Source: Candidatus Nanosyncoccus sp. (lineage in GTDB: Bacteria > Patescibacteriota > Saccharimonadia > Saccharimonadales > Saccharimonadaceae). From it: 64,000 nucleotides of DNA. Position 1 is the first letter of the stretch, and every line of letters begins with the position of its first letter. The translations under genes and the position numbers were made by a program. The notes beneath the pieces were generated by a model. The model did not search any database, had not been told where the DNA came from, and saw nothing but the letters and a program-made list of their open reading frames with translations. Positions 44,252 to 52,414 of the stretch are shown piece by piece. The DNA is taken from NCBI GenBank assembly GCA_045586015.1, contig JAZMZP010000013.1:2374-66373 (forward strand). Reading direction: 5' to 3'.

Positions 44252-44899
44252 TTACCATTCGATTGGTTTTAGGTTGTTTTTTTCCAAGAAAGCATTGGTT
44301 TTAGAAAATGGTTTACTCCCAAAAAACCCAGCGTAAGCCGAAAGTGGCGACGGATGCGCTGATTCTAGAATTAAATGCTTCGAACTATCAATGAGTGATT
44401 TTTTATTTCTCGCGTCACGCCCCCAAAGAATAAACACTAAATGCGGACGCGTTTCATTTAAATATTTAATTACTTCTGTCGTAAAAATCTCCCAACCTCT
44501 TCCGCTATGCGATTTTGGTTTGTGTGCTTCTACTGTCAAAACTGTATTTAATAATAAAACTCCTTGTTTTTGCCATTTTCTTAAACTTCCCCGCGGATTT
44601 TCGTGATGCCCGATATCCGAATCGATTTCCTTATATATATTAATTAAGGACGGTGGTATTGGTTCCGAATTTGGCACCGAAAATGCGAGCCCCATCGCCG
44701 CTCCCGGCGTATGATAAGGATCTTGCCCCAAAATTACTACCTTTACTTCGTTTAAATCAGTCGTAAAAGCCGAAAAAACTAACTCTTTTTTAGGAAAAAT
44801 CGTTTTTGTTTCATATTCAGTGTGCAGGAACTCGGACAATTCTTTAAAATATGGCTTCTTGAACTCGCTTTTTAAAAACGGCTTCCAACTCTCATGCAT
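44252..44899 (-). CDS. ung: uracil-DNA glycosylase, family 1
   Basis: GQDPYH and HPSPLS motifs. Start at MHESWKPFL. Confidence 0.93.
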   Translation of the reverse strand: MHESWKPFLKSEFKKPYFKELSEFLHTEYETKTIFPKKELVFSAFTTDLNEVKVVILGQDPYHTPGAAMGLAFSVPNSEPIPPSLINIYKEIDSDIGHHENPRGSLRKWQKQGVLLLNTVLTVEAHKPKSHSGRGWEIFTTEVIKYLNETRPHLVFILWGRDARNKKSLIDSSKHLILESAHPSPLSAYAGFFGSKPFSKTNAFLEKNNLKPIEW

Positions 44900-44916
44900 G
44901 CTATAATTATAGCATG
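44897..44916. promoter_or_regulatory. perfect 20-bp palindrome CATGCTATAATTATAGCATG holding both start codons and overlapping TGCTATAAT boxes of divergent ung and tdk
   Basis: Each strand reads TGCTATAAT-tatagc-ATG. The -10 boxes are 44902-44907 (+) and 44906-44911 (-). Confidence 0.7.
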
Positions 44917-45501
44917 GCAAAACTATATTTTAGATATGGCGCGATGGGATGTGGCAAAACGATGCAACTTCTCCAAGTCGCATTTAATTATGAAGAGCGC
45001 GGTCATAAAGTCTGCGTGATCAAACCAAAAACCGACACCAAAAATGGCACGAAACTCTTAACTCGTATCGGTCCCGAGCGTGAAACTAATTTTTGTTTCG
45101 ACAAAAATACTGACTTATTCAAAGAAATCTTGAAAAACTACGACGACGTTCATTGTGTTTTAATTGATGAAGCACAATTCTTGACCGCAAAACAAGTCGA
45201 CGAACTGATGCTGATTACTGTTAAATTAAATATTCCCGTGATGGCATATGGACTTCGCCTCAATTTTCGCCAAAAAGACGGTGGCTTCGAAGGCGCGACA
45301 AGACTACTTCAAATCGCCCACGACATCGAAGAAATAAAAACCATTTGCGAATGCGGCCATAAAGCGACCTTGAATTGCCGTTTTATGGGCGATAAGCTCG
45401 TCACTGACGGTCCTGACATTTTAATCGACAATGGGAAAAATAAAGTCGAATATCGTGCACTTTGCCCTGCTTGTTATCAAAAATATTTGGAGGCAAAATA
45501 A
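44914..45501 (+). CDS. tdk: thymidine kinase
   Basis: GAMGCGKT P-loop, IDEAQF, and zinc ribbon CECG...CPAC. Confidence 0.93.
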   Translation: MAKLYFRYGAMGCGKTMQLLQVAFNYEERGHKVCVIKPKTDTKNGTKLLTRIGPERETNFCFDKNTDLFKEILKNYDDVHCVLIDEAQFLTAKQVDELMLITVKLNIPVMAYGLRLNFRQKDGGFEGATRLLQIAHDIEEIKTICECGHKATLNCRFMGDKLVTDGPDILIDNGKNKVEYRALCPACYQKYLEAK

Positions 45502-46121
45502 TGTATATTGTAATTGAAGGCCAAGATGGCACCGGAAAAGATACTCAAGCTAAAAAACTCAAAGAATACTTTGAATCACAAGGTAAAACCGTGGTAACTT
45601 ATGCTGAATCCGGTACCGCTAGTAAAGATAAATTTATTTCCGAAATCGCCCGCTTAACTTATGGTTCAAAACAGGACATCGACCACCGCACTCGTGTGAT
45701 GTTATATTTAGTCAATCGTTATGAACAATGGCGTAAACTCGCCGAGCCAGCCTTAAAAAATGGCGACATCGTAATTACGACTCGAAACTGGTTTTCTACT
45801 TTGGTCTATGAGGGTTACGGCGGCGGCGTGAGTCGTTCGTTAATTATTAAGCTCCATAAACTAATTATGCCAGAACCATATTTCCATCCAGATAAGATTT
45901 TCCTATTTACTATAGACGAGCAAGAACAACAAAAGCGTCTCGGCACCCAAACTGATCAAAATTGGGACCGCAAACAAGAAGTCTGGAAATCTAAAGGCGA
46001 AACCTTCCAACAAAAGATTAACAAGGCTTACTTAAAAATCGCCAAAGAATTCGACGTCACTACCATCGACGCTTCCGGTACGATCGAAGAAATTTTCGAT
46101 TCAATTATCAGCAAATTGTGA
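45501..46121 (+). CDS. tmk: thymidylate kinase
   Basis: MYIVIEGQDGTGKDT P-loop. GGAGG upstream; its ATG overlaps the tdk stop (TAATG). Confidence 0.9.
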   Translation: MYIVIEGQDGTGKDTQAKKLKEYFESQGKTVVTYAESGTASKDKFISEIARLTYGSKQDIDHRTRVMLYLVNRYEQWRKLAEPALKNGDIVITTRNWFSTLVYEGYGGGVSRSLIIKLHKLIMPEPYFHPDKIFLFTIDEQEQQKRLGTQTDQNWDRKQEVWKSKGETFQQKINKAYLKIAKEFDVTTIDASGTIEEIFDSIISKL

Positions 46122-47876
46122 ATTATATAATTCAGCGTAAAACCCGCCCGCTTTTAAGAGAGAATCGTGATTTCCTTGTTCGACAATATTCCCATCGCGC
46201 ATCACAAGAATCAAATCCGAATTGCGAATTGTCGAAAGTCGATGCGCAATTACAAACGAAGTGCGTCCGTGCGTCAATTTTTCAAACGAATCCTGAATTA
46301 GTTGTTCAGTGCGCGTATCAACATTTGAAGTCGCTTCGTCTAAAATCATCATTGGCGGATTGGCGACCATCGCCCGTGCAATCGTAATTAACTGTTTTTC
46401 ACCCGCCGAAATATTGTCCGAGTCTTCGCTAATTTCTGAATGATAACCTTTCGGCAAAGCCTCGATAATATGATTAACATTGCTTGCCTTCGCCGCACGC
46501 TTCACGTCGTCTAAGCTAGCTTTCTGATTGCTATAACGTAAATTCTCTTCCACCGTCCCCGAAAACAACCAAGTATCTTGTAAAACCATACCAAATAATT
46601 TTCGCACATCAGAGCGTTTCATCTCTCGCGTCGGCACGCCATCGATCGTGATGTATCCAGAATCAGGATCATAAAACCGCATCAAAAGATTTATTAAAGT
46701 CGTTTTTCCCGCTCCGGTCGGGCCAACGATTGCCACCTTCATTCCTGGCGTTACCTTAACTGAGAAATCGTGAATAATCGGTTGATCTTTAAAATAACCA
46801 AAGTTAACATTATGAAACTCGACTTCGCCTCGTACTTGCTCAATCGTCTTCGCAGGTTCCGGGTCTGGCTTTTCTTCCGTCTCGTTCAAGAATTCAAAAA
46901 TTCTTTCGCTCGCTGCAAGTAAAGATTGTAAAGTCGAAGTCGTCGAAGCGATTTCCGTAATCGGTCGATTGAATCTCGATACGTATTGAATAAACGCCTG
47001 AATATCGCCAATATTGATTTTTCCTTCGACCACAAATATTCCACCAAGCACACAAACCGCGACATAACCTATATTTGTAAATATATGTGTTACCGGGAAC
47101 GACAATGATGAAAAAATTTGTGCTCGCCGAGTCACGGTCGCTAATTTGTCATTAGTTTTATTAAAATCTTCCAGAGCATCATCTTCATAAGAATTCGATT
47201 TAATTACAATCTGCCCCGAATAATCCTCTTCGATTTTACTATTTAAAACTCCCAAAGTATTCTGTTGTTCACGGAAATATTTTTGCGCATAACGCATAAT
47301 TTGCCCGACTACTAATACCGAAACCGGCACCACGACAAACGAAATGAGAGATAGCGGCACCGAGATTGTCAGCATGATAATCATTACGCCGATCAAAGTC
47401 GTAAGACTCATCGATATGTCAGCAATTTCTTGCGACATCGAAGTTGTCAAAACATCGACATCATTTGCCATTCTTGATAATGTATCGCCAAACTGGTGTT
47501 TATCAAAATACGAAATTGGCAATCTAGAAACTTTGTCTAAAATTTTCTCACGTAGTTCAGCTGTATATTTAGCGGAAACCACTGCTAAAATATATGCCTG
47601 AGCATAATTCAATACTGCCGAAGCCAAAAATAGAATAATTACTAAAATCGCCTTACCGCCTAAAGCCCCCCAATCCAAATCCGGATAACTATTCACCGCA
47701 ATCGTTGTCATATCGCCTAAAATCTTCGGGATAAATAAGCCTAGAATCGCTGAACTAATTGTCAGCAAAACAGAAATAACAATTGCAAAACGATACTTCT
47801 TAATTGATTTCAAGAAAATCCTAAATGACTCGCCCATCTTTTTCGGCTTGCCAGATTCCGGAATGTCATGATGCAT
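46101..47876 (-). CDS. ABC exporter, fused permease/ATPase (heterodimer partner 2)
   Basis: GPTGAGKTT Walker A, ISAGEKQL signature, MMILDEATS Walker B. Confidence 0.9.
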   Translation of the reverse strand: MHHDIPESGKPKKMGESFRIFLKSIKKYRFAIVISVLLTISSAILGLFIPKILGDMTTIAVNSYPDLDWGALGGKAILVIILFLASAVLNYAQAYILAVVSAKYTAELREKILDKVSRLPISYFDKHQFGDTLSRMANDVDVLTTSMSQEIADISMSLTTLIGVMIIMLTISVPLSLISFVVVPVSVLVVGQIMRYAQKYFREQQNTLGVLNSKIEEDYSGQIVIKSNSYEDDALEDFNKTNDKLATVTRRAQIFSSLSFPVTHIFTNIGYVAVCVLGGIFVVEGKINIGDIQAFIQYVSRFNRPITEIASTTSTLQSLLAASERIFEFLNETEEKPDPEPAKTIEQVRGEVEFHNVNFGYFKDQPIIHDFSVKVTPGMKVAIVGPTGAGKTTLINLLMRFYDPDSGYITIDGVPTREMKRSDVRKLFGMVLQDTWLFSGTVEENLRYSNQKASLDDVKRAAKASNVNHIIEALPKGYHSEISEDSDNISAGEKQLITIARAMVANPPMMILDEATSNVDTRTEQLIQDSFEKLTHGRTSFVIAHRLSTIRNSDLILVMRDGNIVEQGNHDSLLKAGGFYAELYNSQFADN

Positions 47877-49632
47877 ATTGGGACCTCCTCGCCAGCTTTA
47901 ACTCGTTTTCATATTCTCGCTCCGAAAGTTGTGACTTCACGATTTCTTGATAAATTTTACAATCTTTTAGTAGTTCCAGATGCTTCCCCTTCCCGACGAT
48001 TTTCCCATTATTTAAAACTACAATTTGGTCTGCATCTTTTATCGTGCTAATTCGTTGGGCAACTATTAAAACCACCGCATCTTCCGTAACTGGCTTCAAA
48101 GCTTCGCGTAGCTTTTTGTCCGTTTTCATATCAAGCGCAGAAAAAGCGTCATCGAAGATTAGAATATCTGGCTCTTTACAAATTGCACGTGCAATTGAAA
48201 GTCTTTGTTTTTGACCGCCCGAAACATTCGTCCCACCTTGCGAGATATGGGAATTATATTTCTCCGGTAACTTTTCGATAAAGTTTACCGCCTGTGCAAT
48301 TTCGGCCGCCTTATGAACTTGTTTATCGCTCGCATTTGGCGCCCCAAACTTAATATTTGATTTTATGGTTCCTGCGAAAAGCATTCCACGTTGCGGAACA
48401 AACCCAATCCTTCGAATTAAATCATTTTTCTCATAATTTTTTACCGAAAGACCATTAACTAAAATTTCACCTCCAGTACTTTCATAAAATCTTGGTACTA
48501 GATTTATCAGAGTTGACTTTCCTGAACCAGTTGAGCCGATAAAAGCTGTCGTCTCGCCCGCAACCGCTTTAAAAGAAATATTATCTAAAACTTTTTCTGC
48601 CGCTTCTGGATAACTAAAATCGACATTTTTAAACTCAACCGACGGCACTTTTTCTGGCATTCCTTCAGTTTTCTTTTTCCAATGAATTTTTGGTTCTTTT
48701 TTCAACACCTCATTAATACGATGCGCTGATACATTTGCTCTCGGTAACATTACAAATAGTAACGACATCATCAAAAATGACATCATTACATGCCCTACAT
48801 ATTGTGCGAAAGCCGTCATATTTCCGAGATAGGCAAAATCTTTCGAAAGTAAAGAAATCCCAATCCACGAACAAAGTAAAGTTGTGCCATTAAATATTAT
48901 ATTGATAAGTGGGTTTTGTAATTCTAAAATCTTATCGATAAAAATCAATAACTTTGTGAGTTCAGTATTAGCTTTGGTAAATTTCTTTTTTTCTAATTTT
49001 TCATTATTAAAAGCTCTAATTACGCGCAAACCAGTTAAATTTTCACGCGTAATTAAAGTAATCTTGTCAACTAAATTCTGGAAAACCTTAAACTTCGGCA
49101 TCACTATTGTCATAATTAGAATTACCGAGCCTAAAATCGCCGCCGCACCAACTAAAATAATCCAAGACATATCCGGCGCGGTCTGAATCGCCATTATAAT
49201 CGAAATAATACAAAACAGCGGCGCCCTAAGCATCATCGAAAGAATCATAATCGTAGCCATTTGGACTTGGTTCACATCATTAGTCGTTCTTGTGAGTAGC
49301 GACGCCGTACTAAAATCTTTCATATCTAAAATGTTGAAATTTATAATTTTAGTAAAGATTGCCGCTCTAATATCGCGTGCATAGCCAGCTCCGATTCGTG
49401 CCGAAAAATAACTCGAAACTAGAGACGCTATCGCAGACACAATTGCTAGCCCAATCATCCGAAGCCCAATCATCCAAATATAATCCGTGTCGCCCGGCAC
49501 AATTCCGTTATTAATAATATCCGCCATCAAAGCCGGCAACCGTAAAGTCGTCCAAACCTGCAACGCCGTCGATAGGACTAAAACTATTACTTGCCACCAA
49601 TACGGCTTTAAAAACTTAAACAATCTAAACAT
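47866..49632 (-). CDS. ABC exporter, fused permease/ATPase (heterodimer partner 1)
   Basis: GSTGSGKST Walker A, VSGGQKQRLSIAR signature, ILIFDDAFS Walker B. Confidence 0.9.
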   Translation of the reverse strand: MFRLFKFLKPYWWQVIVLVLSTALQVWTTLRLPALMADIINNGIVPGDTDYIWMIGLRMIGLAIVSAIASLVSSYFSARIGAGYARDIRAAIFTKIINFNILDMKDFSTASLLTRTTNDVNQVQMATIMILSMMLRAPLFCIISIIMAIQTAPDMSWIILVGAAAILGSVILIMTIVMPKFKVFQNLVDKITLITRENLTGLRVIRAFNNEKLEKKKFTKANTELTKLLIFIDKILELQNPLINIIFNGTTLLCSWIGISLLSKDFAYLGNMTAFAQYVGHVMMSFLMMSLLFVMLPRANVSAHRINEVLKKEPKIHWKKKTEGMPEKVPSVEFKNVDFSYPEAAEKVLDNISFKAVAGETTAFIGSTGSGKSTLINLVPRFYESTGGEILVNGLSVKNYEKNDLIRRIGFVPQRGMLFAGTIKSNIKFGAPNASDKQVHKAAEIAQAVNFIEKLPEKYNSHISQGGTNVSGGQKQRLSIARAICKEPDILIFDDAFSALDMKTDKKLREALKPVTEDAVVLIVAQRISTIKDADQIVVLNNGKIVGKGKHLELLKDCKIYQEIVKSQLSEREYENELKLARRSQYAS

Positions 49633-49649
49633 ACAGTCTTCCTATCATA

Positions 49650-50702
49650 TCACGTCTTCTTTCGTTTCTCCAGATGCATAAAGAAATAGATAATCGGTCC
49701 GAGAATTATATATATGTAATATGAGAAGAATCGCCAAACCAACATTGCCCAGAAGATATAACCCGACGACAACGCCGAAAAGACCACGAAGAAAGTCCCT
49801 TCTGCCGCGCCGGAATTACCTGGAGTAGGAATAAAGTAAATCGCCGACATTACCGCAATCGTTATCACGAAACACGACATAAAATCTACATTCCCGCCAA
49901 ACGCCGTTAATACGAAGAACGGAATCGACGCGATTAAAAAGTTATACACTAGTGACCATAAAATTACTGCTAAAAATAGACCTTTCGTTTTTAAAATCAT
50001 TTTTACTGCATCAACATATTCGTCCGCTTCATCTTCAACTTTCTGTAAAAGTTTTTCACGGTTTTTCACGATTTTTATCTTCGCAAGAATTTTAACTATG
50101 AATTTTAAAAACTTCGTCGTTTGTTTCGGAAAGAAACTCACTCCCGCGACCATCACCGGCCAAAATGCGTAAAACAAAAGCCCAATTAAAGCCGTAAAAA
50201 GTAACGCTGGATTAGAATGAATCAGCCCGCCAAAGATAAAACAAAATAGTGCGATAATAATAAACGCTATTTGAATTGAAATCATTCCGAAGACCGGTAT
50301 CGAAGTCGATGCCCCGCGCTTCAGCCCGCTATTTTTTCGCATATAATAAATTTGAAACGGCTGCCCACCAACTGCCGCTGGCGTAATATTGTCATAATAC
50401 TTTCCGAGCAGAACTGTTCGTCTCGCAACTTTTCGGATATTCTTCCTGTCGCTATTTTTGTCCAACATCTTTCTAATCATTAATGCGTACTTATGAATAT
50501 CGATCGTTAGAGCAACTAGAAAACATATCACCGCTGGAATTAAACTCCACCATTTGAGTGAAACTTCTGATAGCTCCGTCGCGTCTTTTGAATTCCCGAA
50601 TTCCGCAATCGCCGTTGCAGCAATCACTACTACATTGAGAAGAATAAACAAAAAGATGAGCAAAGGCTTCTTGAAAAATTTCGGTTTGGTTTTTTCTGAC
50701 AT
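49650..50702 (-). CDS. UPF0104 / flippase-like (LPG-synthase TM-region type) membrane protein
   Basis: Polytopic, with the characteristic IPTPGNSGAAEG motif near the C-terminus. Confidence 0.7.
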   Translation of the reverse strand: MSEKTKPKFFKKPLLIFLFILLNVVVIAATAIAEFGNSKDATELSEVSLKWWSLIPAVICFLVALTIDIHKYALMIRKMLDKNSDRKNIRKVARRTVLLGKYYDNITPAAVGGQPFQIYYMRKNSGLKRGASTSIPVFGMISIQIAFIIIALFCFIFGGLIHSNPALLFTALIGLLFYAFWPVMVAGVSFFPKQTTKFLKFIVKILAKIKIVKNREKLLQKVEDEADEYVDAVKMILKTKGLFLAVILWSLVYNFLIASIPFFVLTAFGGNVDFMSCFVITIAVMSAIYFIPTPGNSGAAEGTFFVVFSALSSGYIFWAMLVWRFFSYYIYIILGPIIYFFMHLEKRKKT

Positions 50703-51808
50703 TATTGTTCTCGTGCTTTTTCTATATTTGGATATTCATCAATTAAAACTCTAATACAGCCCGCAATCGGAATCGCAACAATCGCGCCAAGCAGACCAAA
50801 CATATACATACCGATTGTAATGGCGCATAAAATTGTTACCGGTTTTAGGTTTAACGCATCACCTTGTATCTTTGGCGAAATCACATTGTTCTCAATTTGT
50901 GCATATATTATATATATGATTGCAAAAACTAACGCTGCGACTGGATTCGAGAAGAATAACAGAATTGTCACTAAAGTTCCGCCGATAAATTGTCCAAACA
51001 TCGGAATTAAATAGAATAACATTGTGGTCATACCCATTGGAATCGCAAGACTCGGTGAAAAACCGAGAATCAACGACAAAATGAAAACGATAGTCATTGA
51101 AGCACACCCATCAATAATTGCTACTACGACTTGTCTAGAAACGTAGGTCGAAATCACATTTGCCATTTTCATTACAACTTCTTTCGCAACTTTGACTGGT
51201 TTCTTGTCTTCACCGACACCTAATGTTCTCCATAAAGTCTCCATCATTTCCGGACCATCCAACAAGAAGAGTAAAGTCAAAATCAAAACTAAAATTATTT
51301 TCATTATCACATCCGCAACTCCCCCTACACTAGAAACGATATTATTACCAAGTAGTCCCAGCATGCTATTCGATAAGTTCATCAAGGTGTTATTGATCTC
51401 TGAGTGTAAATCATCAATCCCTATATTCTTCCCGAAGTTGTTAACTCCATCCCATCCCCCAAAGGATTTTTCAAATGTTTCAGGGAAATTTTGGACAAAT
51501 TTTGCTGTTTCATTCACGACGACCGGACCAACAATCGCGATAATCGCGCCAATCACTAATACTACAATCAAATAAGCAAAGATTGCCGAAAGAGTACGGT
51601 GTTTTTTGTCGTTGCCAAAATGTTTCGAAAAGAAATTGTTCACTTTTCGGACCAGTGGTTTTAGGGCCAAAGCTAGGAAGATCGAGATACCGATAATAAC
51701 TAGCCCAGTTATCGCTTTATATAAAAACAATAAAACTACCGCAATAATTAACGGTACCAACCAAAACTTAATGAAAGTCTTCCAATCGGTTTCGATTTTT
51801 TTAGACAT
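50702..51808 (-). CDS. AI-2E family transporter (PerM/UPF0118)
   Basis: Polytopic; ...YAQIENNVISPKIQGDALNLKPV...IPIAG... matches the family consensus. Confidence 0.8.
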   Translation of the reverse strand: MSKKIETDWKTFIKFWLVPLIIAVVLLFLYKAITGLVIIGISIFLALALKPLVRKVNNFFSKHFGNDKKHRTLSAIFAYLIVVLVIGAIIAIVGPVVVNETAKFVQNFPETFEKSFGGWDGVNNFGKNIGIDDLHSEINNTLMNLSNSMLGLLGNNIVSSVGGVADVIMKIILVLILTLLFLLDGPEMMETLWRTLGVGEDKKPVKVAKEVVMKMANVISTYVSRQVVVAIIDGCASMTIVFILSLILGFSPSLAIPMGMTTMLFYLIPMFGQFIGGTLVTILLFFSNPVAALVFAIIYIIYAQIENNVISPKIQGDALNLKPVTILCAITIGMYMFGLLGAIVAIPIAGCIRVLIDEYPNIEKAREQ

Positions 51809-51827
51809 ACACCTCCTTTATAGACTT

Positions 51828-51836
51828 ATTTTATCA
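51828..51836 (-). promoter_or_regulatory. extended -10 (TGATAAAAT) for the AI-2E / UPF0104 / ABC operon
   Basis: Minus strand reads tgataaaat followed by a leader with AAGGAGGTG. Confidence 0.5.
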
Positions 51837-51840
51837 CAAA

Positions 51841-51849
51841 TGTTATAAT
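51841..51849 (+). promoter_or_regulatory. extended -10 (TGTTATAAT) 8 nt upstream of the queH ATG
   Basis: tgttataat-tctgacaa-ATGaaa; no SD. Confidence 0.5.
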
Positions 51850-51857
51850 TCTGACAA

Positions 51858-52409
51858 ATGAAAGTTTTAATGCATACGTGTTGTGCGCCTTGCAGCGTTT
51901 ACTGTATTGATGCCTTACGTTCGGAAGATATCGAACCGACGCTTTTTTGGTATAATCCAAACATTCATCCTTACATTGAATATAAAACTCGTCGCGATTG
52001 TCTAAAAGATTATGCAAAACAGGTCGGAGTCGAATTAATTCTAAAAGAAGAATATGGACTTGATGAATTTTGTAAAAATGTCGTGAATGACATTAGTAAT
52101 CGATGCGTGAACTATTGTTATCCTAAGCGCTTAGGTGAAACCGTGCGCTACGCTTTAGAAAACGGCTACGATGCTTTTACGACAACATTACTCGTCTCGC
52201 CTTATCAGAAACATGAAGAACTAAAGAAAGTTTGCGAAAAACTAGCGAAAGATTCAGGCATTGAATTTCTCTATCGCGATTTCCGAGTTGGTTTCCGCGA
52301 TGGCCAAGCGAAGGCTCGCGAACTCGGGCTCTATCTTCAGAAATATTGTGGTTGTATTTTTTCCGAAGAAGAACGCTACGAGAAACAGATTAAACGCGAT
52401 TTAGAATAG
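51858..52409 (+). CDS. queH: epoxyqueuosine reductase QueH (DUF208)
   Basis: LMHTCCAPCS N-terminal cysteine cluster and C-terminal YCGCIFSE. Confidence 0.85.
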   Translation: MKVLMHTCCAPCSVYCIDALRSEDIEPTLFWYNPNIHPYIEYKTRRDCLKDYAKQVGVELILKEEYGLDEFCKNVVNDISNRCVNYCYPKRLGETVRYALENGYDAFTTTLLVSPYQKHEELKKVCEKLAKDSGIEFLYRDFRVGFRDGQAKARELGLYLQKYCGCIFSEEERYEKQIKRDLE

Positions 52410-52414
52410 TTTTT

